A stretch of DNA of 64,000 nucleotides from Bacteroidota bacterium (GTDB lineage Bacteria > Bacteroidota > Bacteroidia > Chitinophagales > BACL12): positions 4,057 through 68,056 of the forward strand of contig WGOA01000030.1 in assembly GCA_016124275.1 (NCBI GenBank), read 5' to 3'. The position numbers and the translations under genes are program-made. Below are positions 9,368 to 19,230 of the stretch, in pieces. A model generated the notes under the pieces. That model was not told the DNA's origin. It did no database searches and worked only from the letters and a program-made list of their open reading frames with translations. Every line of letters begins with the position of its first letter. The stretch's first letter is position 1.

Positions 9368-10348
9368 TTAATTGCGCCCAAATAGTTCCGCGATTTGAAC
9401 GGCATTGGTCGCTGCACCCTTTCGCAGGTTGTCGGCCACGATCCAGCAGTTGAGGCTGTTGGGTTGGGAGAAGTCGCGGCGGATGCGGCCCACGAAGACT
9501 TCGTCGCGGTTGTGGGCGGTGCGGGGCATGGGGTAGAGGTTCATGGACGGGTCGTCCTGGACTACAATACCAGGGCTGTGCGACAGGAGCGCGCGCAATT
9601 CGCCCAAGTCAAAATCGCGTTCAAAGGCAATGTTCACGCTTTCGGAATGCCCGCCCTGCACCGGAATGCGCACCGTTGTTGCGGTGAGCGCCAGTTCGGG
9701 GAGCCCCATGATTTTGCGGCTTTCGCGCACGAGTTTCCACTCTTCTTTGGTGTACCCTTCATCTTCAAAGACGTCGCACTGCGGAATGGCGTTCAGGTCA
9801 ATCGGGTGCGGGTACACGCGCACGGCTTCGCGGCCTTCGCGCTCGGCCATCATCTGGTCAACGGCTTTGTAGCCGGTGCCCGTGACGCTTTGGTAGGTGC
9901 TGACCACCACGCGCTTAATGCCATAGCGATCGTGCAGCGGTTTCAGCGCCACCACCAGCTGAATGGTGGAACAGTTTGGGTTGGCGATGATGCGATCGCG
10001 GTCGCTACAAGCCTGTGCGTTGACCTCCGGAACGATTAGCGGAATGGCCGGGTCCATGCGCCATGCCGACGAGTTGTCGATAACCCGCGTGCCTACTTCG
10101 GCAAAGCGCGGCGCCCATTCGCGGCTGACGGAAGCACCAGCGGAGAACAAGGCCAGGTCTGGTCTGCGGTCAACGGCTTCCTGCAGGCTGATGACGGGGT
10201 ACTCCTTGCCGTTTAGGGTAACCGGTTTGCCGTGTGAAGCGGCACTGGCCACCGGAAGAAACTCGGTCACGGGAAAATGGCGCTCTTCCAGCACCCGGCA
10301 CAAGACCTGACCCACTAATCCCGTAGCTCCGACAATTGCAACGCGCAT
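9368..10348 (-). CDS. asd: aspartate-semialdehyde dehydrogenase
   Basis: 'MRVAIVGATGLVGQ' Rossmann N-terminus, active-site 'IANPNCSTIQLV', and C-terminal 'VADNLRKGAATNAVQIAE'. Start set at ATG 10348. Confidence 0.92.
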   Translation of the reverse strand: MRVAIVGATGLVGQVLCRVLEERHFPVTEFLPVASAASHGKPVTLNGKEYPVISLQEAVDRRPDLALFSAGASVSREWAPRFAEVGTRVIDNSSAWRMDPAIPLIVPEVNAQACSDRDRIIANPNCSTIQLVVALKPLHDRYGIKRVVVSTYQSVTGTGYKAVDQMMAEREGREAVRVYPHPIDLNAIPQCDVFEDEGYTKEEWKLVRESRKIMGLPELALTATTVRIPVQGGHSESVNIAFERDFDLGELRALLSHSPGIVVQDDPSMNLYPMPRTAHNRDEVFVGRIRRDFSQPNSLNCWIVADNLRKGAATNAVQIAELFGRN

Positions 10349-10366
10349 GGCTTTTTTGTTGTTGGT

Positions 10367-10374
10367 CAAAGTTA
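10367..10374 (-). promoter_or_regulatory. -7 box (TAACTTTG) upstream of asd
   Basis: The plus strand reads caaagtta, which is TAACTTTG on the minus strand. Its downstream end lies 18 nt from the asd ATG. Confidence 0.45.
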
Positions 10375-10480
10375 CGCGCATGCCGGACAGCAGCGTTTTG
10401 TTGTCGCGACTTTTCCACAGCGCTTAAGTTTTCTTGAGGGGTTTGATTTAGGGCGAAGGGCCCCGGATACTTTCGCGGCC

Positions 10481-13117
10481 ATGCAGCGATTTTTCTGCGG
10501 GCTTTTCCTGGCACTGACGCAGGCGGCCAGCGCTCAATTACACGACGATTTCTCGGATGGAGACTTTACAGAAAACCCAGCCTGGATTGGCGACAGTGCG
10601 TCCTTTTTGGTGGAGGAAGGCTGGTTGCGCAGCGCGGGTCCCGAAGCGACGAGTACCCTTTTTCTGAGCACCGAATTGCCGGTTGCCCCTGTTCGGGAGT
10701 GGCGATTTCGGTTGCGGCTTGATTTTGATCCCAGTTCCAGCAACTATGCCCGTGTTTATCTGGCCTCCGATCAACCCGATTTGGAGGCGTCGCTCAACGG
10801 GTATTTTTTGCAGCTGGGCGAAGCCTCAGCCACAGTATCCGATACGCTTGATCTTTATAGGCAAGACGGGTTAACACTGGTCAAGGTGTTGACGAGTGTG
10901 TTTCCCTGCATTGGTTCGGCATCGACCAATATCGCGGATGTTCAGGTTTTGCGCGACTCCATGGGCATGTGGCAGCTTTGGGCCGATTGCGAACAGACAG
11001 GAACCTATGTTTTTGCAGCGGAAGCGTTGGATGCCGAGCATGCTCCAGTCGGCTGGTTTGGATTTTACGCGCGCTACAGCACAGCCAGTCGGGCCGCGAG
11101 TTTCTTTTTAGACAACGTCTATGCGGGCTCGCCGATCATTGACTCTGTAGCACCGGCTTTGTTGGCACTGCAAACGCTTTCGGATCGCTCGCTGTTGCTG
11201 GATTTTTCAGAGGCGGTTGATCCGGAAAGTGCTGCGGCAACCGCGGCGTACACCATGAACAATGGGTTGGGAAATCCGGCCTGGGCGGCGAGATCGGCCG
11301 AAGTTTCCACGCAAGTGGAGTTGGAGTTTTCGTCGCCGTTTTTGAATGGCATTTCGCACACGCTTACCGTCAATGGTGTGCATGATCTGGCCGGTAATGC
11401 GATGCTATCTGCGAGCCTGGATTTTGTGCCGTACCGCGTTCAGCCGCTGGATGTGGTCATCAGTGAAATCTTTCCCGATCCGTCTCCTTCGGGAGGGGGG
11501 CTCCCGGAGGCGGAGTATGCGGAGTTGCTGAACCACAGTGGGCAAGCCATTGATCTCCAGGGATGGACTTTGCGCGACGCTTCGGCTTCCCGCTCCTCGG
11601 GCTTTGCATCTTTTATGTTGCCCGCCGGGGGTCGGGTTATCGTTTGCGACGTTGCCGATACGGCGTTGTTTGAAGGTTTTGGAGCCGTGTTGGGCGTATC
11701 TGGATTTCCCAGTTTAAACAACGATGCCGATGCCTTGAGCCTGTTGACGGAGCAAGGGGTTTACCTCCATACCATAAATTATACTACGGACTGGTACCGG
11801 AATGCAACCAAAGCGGAAGGGGGTTGGTCGTTGGAAATGATTGATGCTCAACGGCCACACCTGGGAGGTTGCAACTGGCGCGCCAGTACCGCAGCTGCAC
11901 AAGGAACCCCTGGATTGGCAAACAGTGTGGCGAATCAATTTCAGGATGAGGAAGTGCCCGTGTTGGTGGGGGCGGCCGTGGTGGATCCGTCCACCATTCG
12001 GGCGTTGTTCAGTGAATCCATGGATTCACTTTCGCTGTTGGCAGGGTATGTCCTTTCGCCAGACTTGGGTGTGCCATTGGCGGTGGTGCCTGAGGGCCCT
12101 GATTTTGCTTCGGTCAAACTGCTGCTTCCCGAAGCGGTGCAGTTGGGAACGGTTTATACGTTGGCACTTTCCGGGGCGGTGGATTGTGCGGGGAATGCCA
12201 TCGCCGCTTCGAGCAGCACATTGTTTGGTGTACCGGAAGTACCCGACAGCCTGGACCTGGTGATCAACGAGATCCTTTTCAACCCCAAAACCGGGGGGGC
12301 GGATTACATCGAAGTGCTGAACCGCTCGTCGAAAATTGTGGAGATGTTCAACTTGTTTGTGGCCGAACTCGACCCGCTGTTTCCTTCGGAAAAGCTGGAA
12401 GTGGCCAGGGTGTCGCCTGAAGGACGGCTGCTTTTCCCCGGACAATATGTCGTGCTCACGGAGGACCCGGAGGCGGTGCTGCTCCAGTTTTTTTCGGGCA
12501 GTCCGAGCGGTTTGTTGCGCGTGAGGGACATGCCGGCCTGGTCGGACAGCGATAAAGAAGGCATTGTGTTGCTGGAGTACCGGGATGGGGCGTATTTGCG
12601 GTCGCTGGATCGCGTGCATTTTAACGAGTCCTGGCATTTTGCGTTGCTGGACGATACAGAAGGGGTATCGCTGGAGCGAATTGATCCTGACCAGCCCTCG
12701 CAACGCGCTTTCAATTGGCACTCTGCTGCCCAGGGGCGTGGATTTGGCACGCCCGCAGACCCGAATTCGGTGTTTTTTGCGGGCAGTGCATCGGGCGGCG
12801 GGATGCTGTCGCTTGAGCCGGAAGTCTTTTCACCCGACCAGGACGGATTCGAGGATGTTTTGCGGATCAGGGTGACCTTGGGGCAGCCTGGATTTGTGGT
12901 CAGCATTCGGCTGTTTGACGATCGCGGCTGGCCTGTTCGGCAGTTGGTGCGCAGCCAAAGTGCAGGATTGGAGGAAGTGTTTACGTGGGATGGCACGACA
13001 GATTTGGGGGAACGAGCGCCAGTTGGCATTTACCTGGTCTGGGTAGAAGCGTTTGATTTAGAGGGCAACATGACCCGGGAAACAGGGCGGTGTGTACTGG
13101 CCCGCAAGCTGCGCTAA
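10481..13117 (+). CDS. large secreted protein with two lamin-tail (LTD) domains, Ig-like repeats and a FlgD-Ig/beta-sandwich C-terminus
   Basis: Signal peptide (MQRFFCGLFLALTQAASAQ). Two LTD-type segments ('VVISEIFPDPSPSGGGLPEAEYAELLNHSGQAIDLQGWTL' and 'LVINEILFNPKTGGADYIEVLNRS'). C-terminal 'FSPDQDGFEDVL...TWDGTTDLGERAPVGIYLV' is FlgD-Ig-like. Confidence 0.6.
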   Translation: MQRFFCGLFLALTQAASAQLHDDFSDGDFTENPAWIGDSASFLVEEGWLRSAGPEATSTLFLSTELPVAPVREWRFRLRLDFDPSSSNYARVYLASDQPDLEASLNGYFLQLGEASATVSDTLDLYRQDGLTLVKVLTSVFPCIGSASTNIADVQVLRDSMGMWQLWADCEQTGTYVFAAEALDAEHAPVGWFGFYARYSTASRAASFFLDNVYAGSPIIDSVAPALLALQTLSDRSLLLDFSEAVDPESAAATAAYTMNNGLGNPAWAARSAEVSTQVELEFSSPFLNGISHTLTVNGVHDLAGNAMLSASLDFVPYRVQPLDVVISEIFPDPSPSGGGLPEAEYAELLNHSGQAIDLQGWTLRDASASRSSGFASFMLPAGGRVIVCDVADTALFEGFGAVLGVSGFPSLNNDADALSLLTEQGVYLHTINYTTDWYRNATKAEGGWSLEMIDAQRPHLGGCNWRASTAAAQGTPGLANSVANQFQDEEVPVLVGAAVVDPSTIRALFSESMDSLSLLAGYVLSPDLGVPLAVVPEGPDFASVKLLLPEAVQLGTVYTLALSGAVDCAGNAIAASSSTLFGVPEVPDSLDLVINEILFNPKTGGADYIEVLNRSSKIVEMFNLFVAELDPLFPSEKLEVARVSPEGRLLFPGQYVVLTEDPEAVLLQFFSGSPSGLLRVRDMPAWSDSDKEGIVLLEYRDGAYLRSLDRVHFNESWHFALLDDTEGVSLERIDPDQPSQRAFNWHSAAQGRGFGTPADPNSVFFAGSASGGGMLSLEPEVFSPDQDGFEDVLRIRVTLGQPGFVVSIRLFDDRGWPVRQLVRSQSAGLEEVFTWDGTTDLGERAPVGIYLVWVEAFDLEGNMTRETGRCVLARKLR

Positions 13118-13301
13118 CCAGCGGCTTTTCGTTAACATAGTTAACCTTTAACATTTTTTAACGCGAATAAGGTCAGGTTGTGAAGTGTTCAACCGTTAAC
13201 TTAGCGTCCGCTTTGGATGCAATGTTCAAGGCCCGTCTTTTAGGGGCGGATCTATTTTTTGGAGTTCCGCCAAAGGAACAACCTTTCAAGCCAATCAATC
13301 C

Positions 13302-14305
<1,004 letters not shown>

Positions 14306-14306
<1 letters not shown>

Positions 14307-15262
14307 TGCCTCCCCTTTTTGCATCAGAAAACCCATTCCCTGGTTCTGAACGAGAGCGGCAAATGGATACCGCGGAATTGCTCAAGAAGGTTCGCAAGAT
14401 TGAGATCAAGACCAAGGGTTTATCCAGCGACTTGTTCGCTGGAGAGTACCACTCTGCTTTTAAGGGAAGAGGCATGTCGTTCAGCGAGGTACGGGAGTAT
14501 CAATTCGGCGATGATATCCGCGCGATTGACTGGAACGTCACCGCGCGCTTCAACCACCCGTTCATCAAGGTTTTTGAAGAGGAACGGGAACTGACGGTCA
14601 TGTTGCTCCTGGACTTGAGCCCTTCGTCCTACTTCGGTTCAAGCGGGCAATTCAAAAACCAGTTGATTGCTGAAATCGCTGCGGTGCTTTCGTTTGCGGC
14701 TGTCAACAACAACGACAAAGTCGGTTGCCTTCTTTTTACGGATAAAGTGGAGCGTTTCATTCCGCCCAAAAAAGGCAAAAGCCATATCCTGCTCATCGTT
14801 CGCGAAATTCTTGGCTTTGAGGGCAAGGGCAGCGGAACCAATATTGGTGAAGCGCTGCAGTACTTCAACGGCGTTATCAAAAAACGCAGCATTGCGTTTC
14901 TGTTCAGCGATTTCATGGACGATGGTTATGAAACGCCCCTGCGCATCGCCGCCAGAAAACACGATCTGATTGGGGTGCACGTGCACGATGTGCGCGAGCG
15001 GGAAATTCCCCGCGTAGGGCTGGTCCGGCTCCGCGACCCCGAAACGGGCCGCGAGCGCTGGGTGGATACCGATAGCCAGACCGTGCGGAATCACTACACC
15101 GCTCATTACGACCAGAATCTGGCGCGTTTCAGCCGTTTGTTTCGCCAGGTTGGCTCCGATGTCATCAGCGTGGACAGCTCCATTGCCGACGAAAAAATTC
15201 GCCAGCGGCGCTACCTCCAAATTTTGCACAGTTTCTTTCGCCGCCGCGATTCGCGGCGTTGA
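14306..15262 (+). CDS. DUF58 (VWA-like) protein, the usual MoxR partner
   Basis: 'FSEVREYQFGDDIRAIDWNVTARFNHPFIKVFEEEREL' is the DUF58 signature. The ATG overlaps the moxR stop (TGATG). An alternative start is the ATG at 14363 (MDTAELLKKV). Confidence 0.8.
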
Positions 15263-15271
15263 GTAGTTGAT

Positions 15272-16297
15272 ATGGCAGCCCTTTACAACCATAACATTTC
15301 AGATGGTATTGTTGCCTTTCGGCGCAGTGCTAAACGGTTTGCGCGGAGAGCAGCGTTGCTGTGCTTCGGTCTGTTTTGTTTGGCTTCCACAGGCACGCAC
15401 GTGATGGGGCAATCCGTCAACGCAAGGCTGGATCGCGAAGCGTATGAGGCGGGCGATGAGATTCGCCTGACCCTTTCGGTGGACATGGTGCAACAAGCCA
15501 CCGTGCTTTGGCCGGCGCTCAACGCGCCCCTGCCGGGCATGGAATTGTTGAACGACCAAACCGATTCGCTGGATGGCCAGTTGGTTCGCCGGCTGAGTTA
15601 CCTCCAATTTGATACTGGTTCCTACCTGTTGCCCAGCTTGCCCATTGGTCTGCTCCAGGGAAAGGATACCAACCACCTGGCAACCGCCGAACTTGCTTTC
15701 AGCGTTGGCCTGGTTCCGGTGGACACGGCCGACGCGCTGCGCCCCATCATTGAGCGCCGCGAGGTGGACTACAAGCCCATTCCCTGGTTGCTGTACGGGT
15801 TCTTAGTCTTGCTTTTGCTCAGTATTGGGGGCTATTTGTTTTACCGCTTCTATTGGTCCAAGCGACCCAAGCCCGTACGCGGGCTGCCCGTTCGTCCCGA
15901 GCCGGTTGTCCCCATTGACGAGCATGCCTTGCAGCGCCTGCAGGATTTGGAAGCCCGGCGGCTCTGGCAGCAGGAGCAGATCAAGCCCTACTATTCAGAA
16001 CTGACCGACATCATCCGGGAATACATTGAACGGCGTTTCGGCGAGCCTGCACTGGAATCCACCACCGCTGAAATCATGCAGCGCTTGCAGCCGCACGGGT
16101 TGTCACCGGAGAGCATGCAAGCACTAGGAGCCATGCTGCGTTTGGCCGATACCGTCAAGTTTGCCAAGGCGCGTCCGCTGCCGGATCAGCACCAGCGCGC
16201 CTTGCGCGATGCCGTATCCTTTGTGGAAGCCAACCGCCCCTTGGCGGCGGCTTCCGCTGGCCCTTCGCCCGAAACAAAAACCCCCGCCGAACCATGA
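15272..16297 (+). CDS. Bat-operon membrane protein: BatD-like N-terminal module, one TM helix, DUF4381-like tail
   Basis: Signal/TM, then 'ARLDREAYEAGDEIRLTLSV' (BatD-like beta-sandwich start), a TM helix 'WLLYGFLVLLLLSIGGYLFYRFYW' and a helical tail. It occupies the 'orf3' slot of Bat operons. The family call is tentative. Confidence 0.45.
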   Translation: MAALYNHNISDGIVAFRRSAKRFARRAALLCFGLFCLASTGTHVMGQSVNARLDREAYEAGDEIRLTLSVDMVQQATVLWPALNAPLPGMELLNDQTDSLDGQLVRRLSYLQFDTGSYLLPSLPIGLLQGKDTNHLATAELAFSVGLVPVDTADALRPIIERREVDYKPIPWLLYGFLVLLLLSIGGYLFYRFYWSKRPKPVRGLPVRPEPVVPIDEHALQRLQDLEARRLWQQEQIKPYYSELTDIIREYIERRFGEPALESTTAEIMQRLQPHGLSPESMQALGAMLRLADTVKFAKARPLPDQHQRALRDAVSFVEANRPLAAASAGPSPETKTPAEP

Positions 16298-17307
16298 GGG
16301 CATACCTGGCGGACATCCAGTTTGCGGTTCCTGAAGCGCTGTTTTTGCTGGCGCTGTTGCCCTTGCTCGCCCTCTATTACCGCTGGCGTTACCGCAGCCG
16401 CTTTGTGACGTTGACCGTTTCCGGTTTGCAGGGGTTCGAAGGGACGCCGGTTTCGTGGCGGGTTCGCTTATTGCCGCTGCTTCCGCTGCTTCGATTGCTG
16501 GCGCTGGCCGCCATCATTGTAGCGCTGGCGCGTCCGCAAAGCTTGTTTAGCGAGGAGAGCATTACCACGGAAGGCATTGACATTGTGCTGGCGATGGACG
16601 TTTCTACTTCGATGTGGGCCATTGATTTTCAACCGAACCGGATAGAGGCGGCAAAACGCACGGCGGCGGAGTTTATTGAGGGGCGGCCTTACGACCGCAT
16701 TGGCCTGGTGGTGTTTGCGGGGGAATCGTTTACGCAGTGCCCCATCACGCTGGACCATCGGCTGTTGTTGGGGTTGGTCAAGGATGCCGATGCCTGGCAA
16801 TTGCAGGACGGTACGGCGCTGGGTGATGGCCTTTGGATGGGGCTCAACCGTTTGATTGATTCCACAGCCTTGCAAAGCAAAGTGGTCATTCTGCTCACGG
16901 ACGGGGTGCAAACGGCCGGTGAATTTGCACCGCTTGATGCTGCACGTGCGGCCAGCGATTTGGGCATCCGCATCTACACCATTGGCATCGGATCGCGTTC
17001 CAGCAAGAACATTCCGGTTTTGGATAAACGCGGACAAAAGATTTTTGAGCTGGATCCGCAGAATTCGCTGGACGAAGAAACCATGACGCAAATTGCGGAC
17101 CTGACCGGTGGTCGATACTTCCGGGCTACCAGCACCGACAAGCTCCGCGAGATCTACCAAGAGATAGACCAATTGGAAAAGGAGAAAATTGACGTTAACG
17201 TTTCACAGCGCTACCAGGAAAAGTTTTATCCCTTTGCCTGGCTGGCGGTGTTCCTGTTGCTGGTCGAAATTTTATTAGCGCAAACCGTGTTTAGAACCGC
17301 TACCTGA
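16294..17307 (+). CDS. batA: BatA-type von Willebrand factor A membrane protein
   Basis: N-terminal TM pair, MIDAS 'IVLAMDVSTSM', 'ILLTDGVQT', C-terminal TM. ATGA overlap with the preceding gene. Confidence 0.8.
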   Translation: MRAYLADIQFAVPEALFLLALLPLLALYYRWRYRSRFVTLTVSGLQGFEGTPVSWRVRLLPLLPLLRLLALAAIIVALARPQSLFSEESITTEGIDIVLAMDVSTSMWAIDFQPNRIEAAKRTAAEFIEGRPYDRIGLVVFAGESFTQCPITLDHRLLLGLVKDADAWQLQDGTALGDGLWMGLNRLIDSTALQSKVVILLTDGVQTAGEFAPLDAARAASDLGIRIYTIGIGSRSSKNIPVLDKRGQKIFELDPQNSLDEETMTQIADLTGGRYFRATSTDKLREIYQEIDQLEKEKIDVNVSQRYQEKFYPFAWLAVFLLLVEILLAQTVFRTAT

Positions 17308-17308
17308 T

Positions 17309-18355
17309 ATGCTTGATTTTGAACACGATCACTGGTTGTATTTGCTCTTCGGGCTTATCCCGCTGTTGCTGCTTTTTGGCGCAACCGCGTGGTGGCGCAA
17401 AAGGGCTATCGGGCAGTTTGCAGATCCCCGGATGGCAGGAGCGCTGCTCAAGGACCATTCGTCTACCCGAAAGGGGCTTCGCTTCATATTGGTTTTGCTG
17501 GCTATGGCGTCGTTGATTTTGGCCTTGGCCAATTTGCGCATGGGCGCGAAAAAGCAAACCGTCAAGCGCGAGGGCGCCGACATTATGCTGGCGGTGGATC
17601 TTTCGCGAAGCATGTTGGCTGAAGACCTGCGGCCTAACCGCTTGGATCGCTCCAAGTTTTTCATCGCCCAGTTGCTTCGCGAACTGCGCAACGACAAGGT
17701 GGGTTTGGTGGTTTTCGCAGGCAACGCCTACCTGCAAATGCCGCTGACGGTGGACAGCCGGGCGGCCTTGATGTACCTGAATATTTTGGACACGGAGGTT
17801 ATTCCGCGGCAGGGCACGGCCATTGGTGAGGCCATCGCGTTGGCCACCGAAGCGTTTGAACAAGGCCAGGGTCCTGCGGGAAAAACCAAAAACCGCGCGC
17901 TGATTATTGTCACGGACGGCGAAAACAACGAGGGCGACGCTGTTGAACTGGCCCGAAAGGCTTCCGAGAGCGGAATTGCCGTGTTCACCGTTGGCGTGGG
18001 TACGGTAAAAGGGGCACCCATTCCGATGGCCTCCCGCTCTGGCATCGTGGATTTTAAGCGGGACCAGGCGGGCAATATTGTGTTGACCAAGCTCAACGAA
18101 ACCATGTTGCAGGAGATTGCCGCTGCTGGAAATGGCAAGTACTACCACATTTCAGGCGGTACGCAGACCATCAAGGATATCGCCACTGCCCTGGACCAAC
18201 TGGACAAACAGACGGGCGAATCGTTTGAGTACACTGATTACCGCAAACATTTTCCGGTTTTCCTGTCCATTGCGCTGGTGCTGCTGGTCTTTGAATTTTT
18301 GCTCACGGATCGCGCCGCAGCGTGGTGGAAAAAGCTCAACTTGCTGAACGCATGA
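17309..18355 (+). CDS. batB: BatB-type von Willebrand factor A membrane protein
   Basis: MIDAS 'IMLAVDLSRSM', 'IIVTDGENNEGD', flanking TM helices. It starts 2 nt after the batA stop. Confidence 0.8.
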   Translation: MLDFEHDHWLYLLFGLIPLLLLFGATAWWRKRAIGQFADPRMAGALLKDHSSTRKGLRFILVLLAMASLILALANLRMGAKKQTVKREGADIMLAVDLSRSMLAEDLRPNRLDRSKFFIAQLLRELRNDKVGLVVFAGNAYLQMPLTVDSRAALMYLNILDTEVIPRQGTAIGEAIALATEAFEQGQGPAGKTKNRALIIVTDGENNEGDAVELARKASESGIAVFTVGVGTVKGAPIPMASRSGIVDFKRDQAGNIVLTKLNETMLQEIAAAGNGKYYHISGGTQTIKDIATALDQLDKQTGESFEYTDYRKHFPVFLSIALVLLVFEFLLTDRAAAWWKKLNLLNA

Positions 18356-19230
18356 GAATATCGATGACCACTGTTCCTGCGCCAATTATGTTGGCCGCAT
18401 TGCTGGTCTTGACGCAGCTTGCCGGGGCGCAAGGTCCGCAAAGCCCTTCGCCCGCGCAGGGTGCACAAACCCCTTCGCCCGCGCAGGGTGCGCAAAGCCC
18501 TTCGCCTGCGCAGGGTGCGCAAAGCCCTTCGCCCGCACAAGAGCGAAAAGCTCGCGCATTGGCCTGGGAGGGAAACCAATTATACGATAAAGGGCAATTT
18601 GCTGAGGCGGAAGTTTTGTTCCGCCAGGCGCTGGAGCAGAGCCAAAGCATGACCGAAGGTATGTTCAACCTGGGCAACACGACGTACCGCCAAGACCGGT
18701 TTCAAGAGGCTGCTGCGCAGTATGGCCAGGTAGCGGCAAAAACCGAATTGCCGGCAAAGGAGCGGGCAGAGGCTTTTTATAACCAGGGCAACGCGTTTTT
18801 TGAGGGTCAGGATTACCGCAAAGCCAGCGAGGCCTACAAGCAATCGCTGCGGCTTAAACCAGGAGATGAAAACGCCAAACACAACCTTTCGCTGGCGCAG
18901 GCCATGTTGAAAAAGCAAGAACAGGAGCAACAGGACCAGCAAAACCAGGATCAAAACAAGGATCAGCAGGATCAGCAACAGCAACAAGATCAACAGAAAC
19001 AGGATCAACAAGATCAGAATCAGGAAAACCAGGATCAGCAAAACCCACAGAATCCCGAACAGGATCAACAAGCCGAAAATCCGCAGCAAGACCCGCAGGA
19101 ACGCAACATGAGCCCGGAAGAACTGGAGCGCATTCTGGAGGCCCTTGAACAGGATGAAAAGGATGTCCAGAAGAAAGTAAATGCCCAAAAAGTGAAAGGC
19201 GTGCGGGGCGAATCGGAAAAAGATTGGTGA
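18352..19230 (+). CDS. batC: BatC-type TPR protein with a SPSPAQGAQ tandem repeat and a Gln/Asp/Asn-rich tail
   Basis: TPR segments ('GNQLYDKGQFAEAEVLFRQAL', 'YNQGNAFFEGQDYRKASEAYKQSLRLKP'). Start set at ATG 18352, which overlaps the batB stop (ATGA). Confidence 0.7.
   Translation: MRISMTTVPAPIMLAALLVLTQLAGAQGPQSPSPAQGAQTPSPAQGAQSPSPAQGAQSPSPAQERKARALAWEGNQLYDKGQFAEAEVLFRQALEQSQSMTEGMFNLGNTTYRQDRFQEAAAQYGQVAAKTELPAKERAEAFYNQGNAFFEGQDYRKASEAYKQSLRLKPGDENAKHNLSLAQAMLKKQEQEQQDQQNQDQNKDQQDQQQQQDQQKQDQQDQNQENQDQQNPQNPEQDQQAENPQQDPQERNMSPEELERILEALEQDEKDVQKKVNAQKVKGVRGESEKDW
18427..18534 (+). repeat. 4 x 27-bp in-frame tandem repeat (gcgcagggtgcgcaaagcccttcgccc) inside batC
   Basis: Copies at 18427-18453, 18454-18480, 18481-18507 and 18508-18534, with 1-3 mismatches each. 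They encode (AQG[PA]Q[ST]PSP)x4. Confidence 0.9.

Noticed and set aside
16433-16440. 'GGTTCGAA' T-loop-like string, screened as a possible tRNA
   Set aside because: It lies inside the batA coding sequence with no acceptor or anticodon stem context. No intergenic region in the window folds into a tRNA-like cloverleaf by eye.
18427-18534. Short regularly spaced repeats considered as a CRISPR-like array
   Set aside because: The units are directly adjacent with no spacers, they are in frame inside batC, and they encode a peptide repeat. No cas genes are present in the window.
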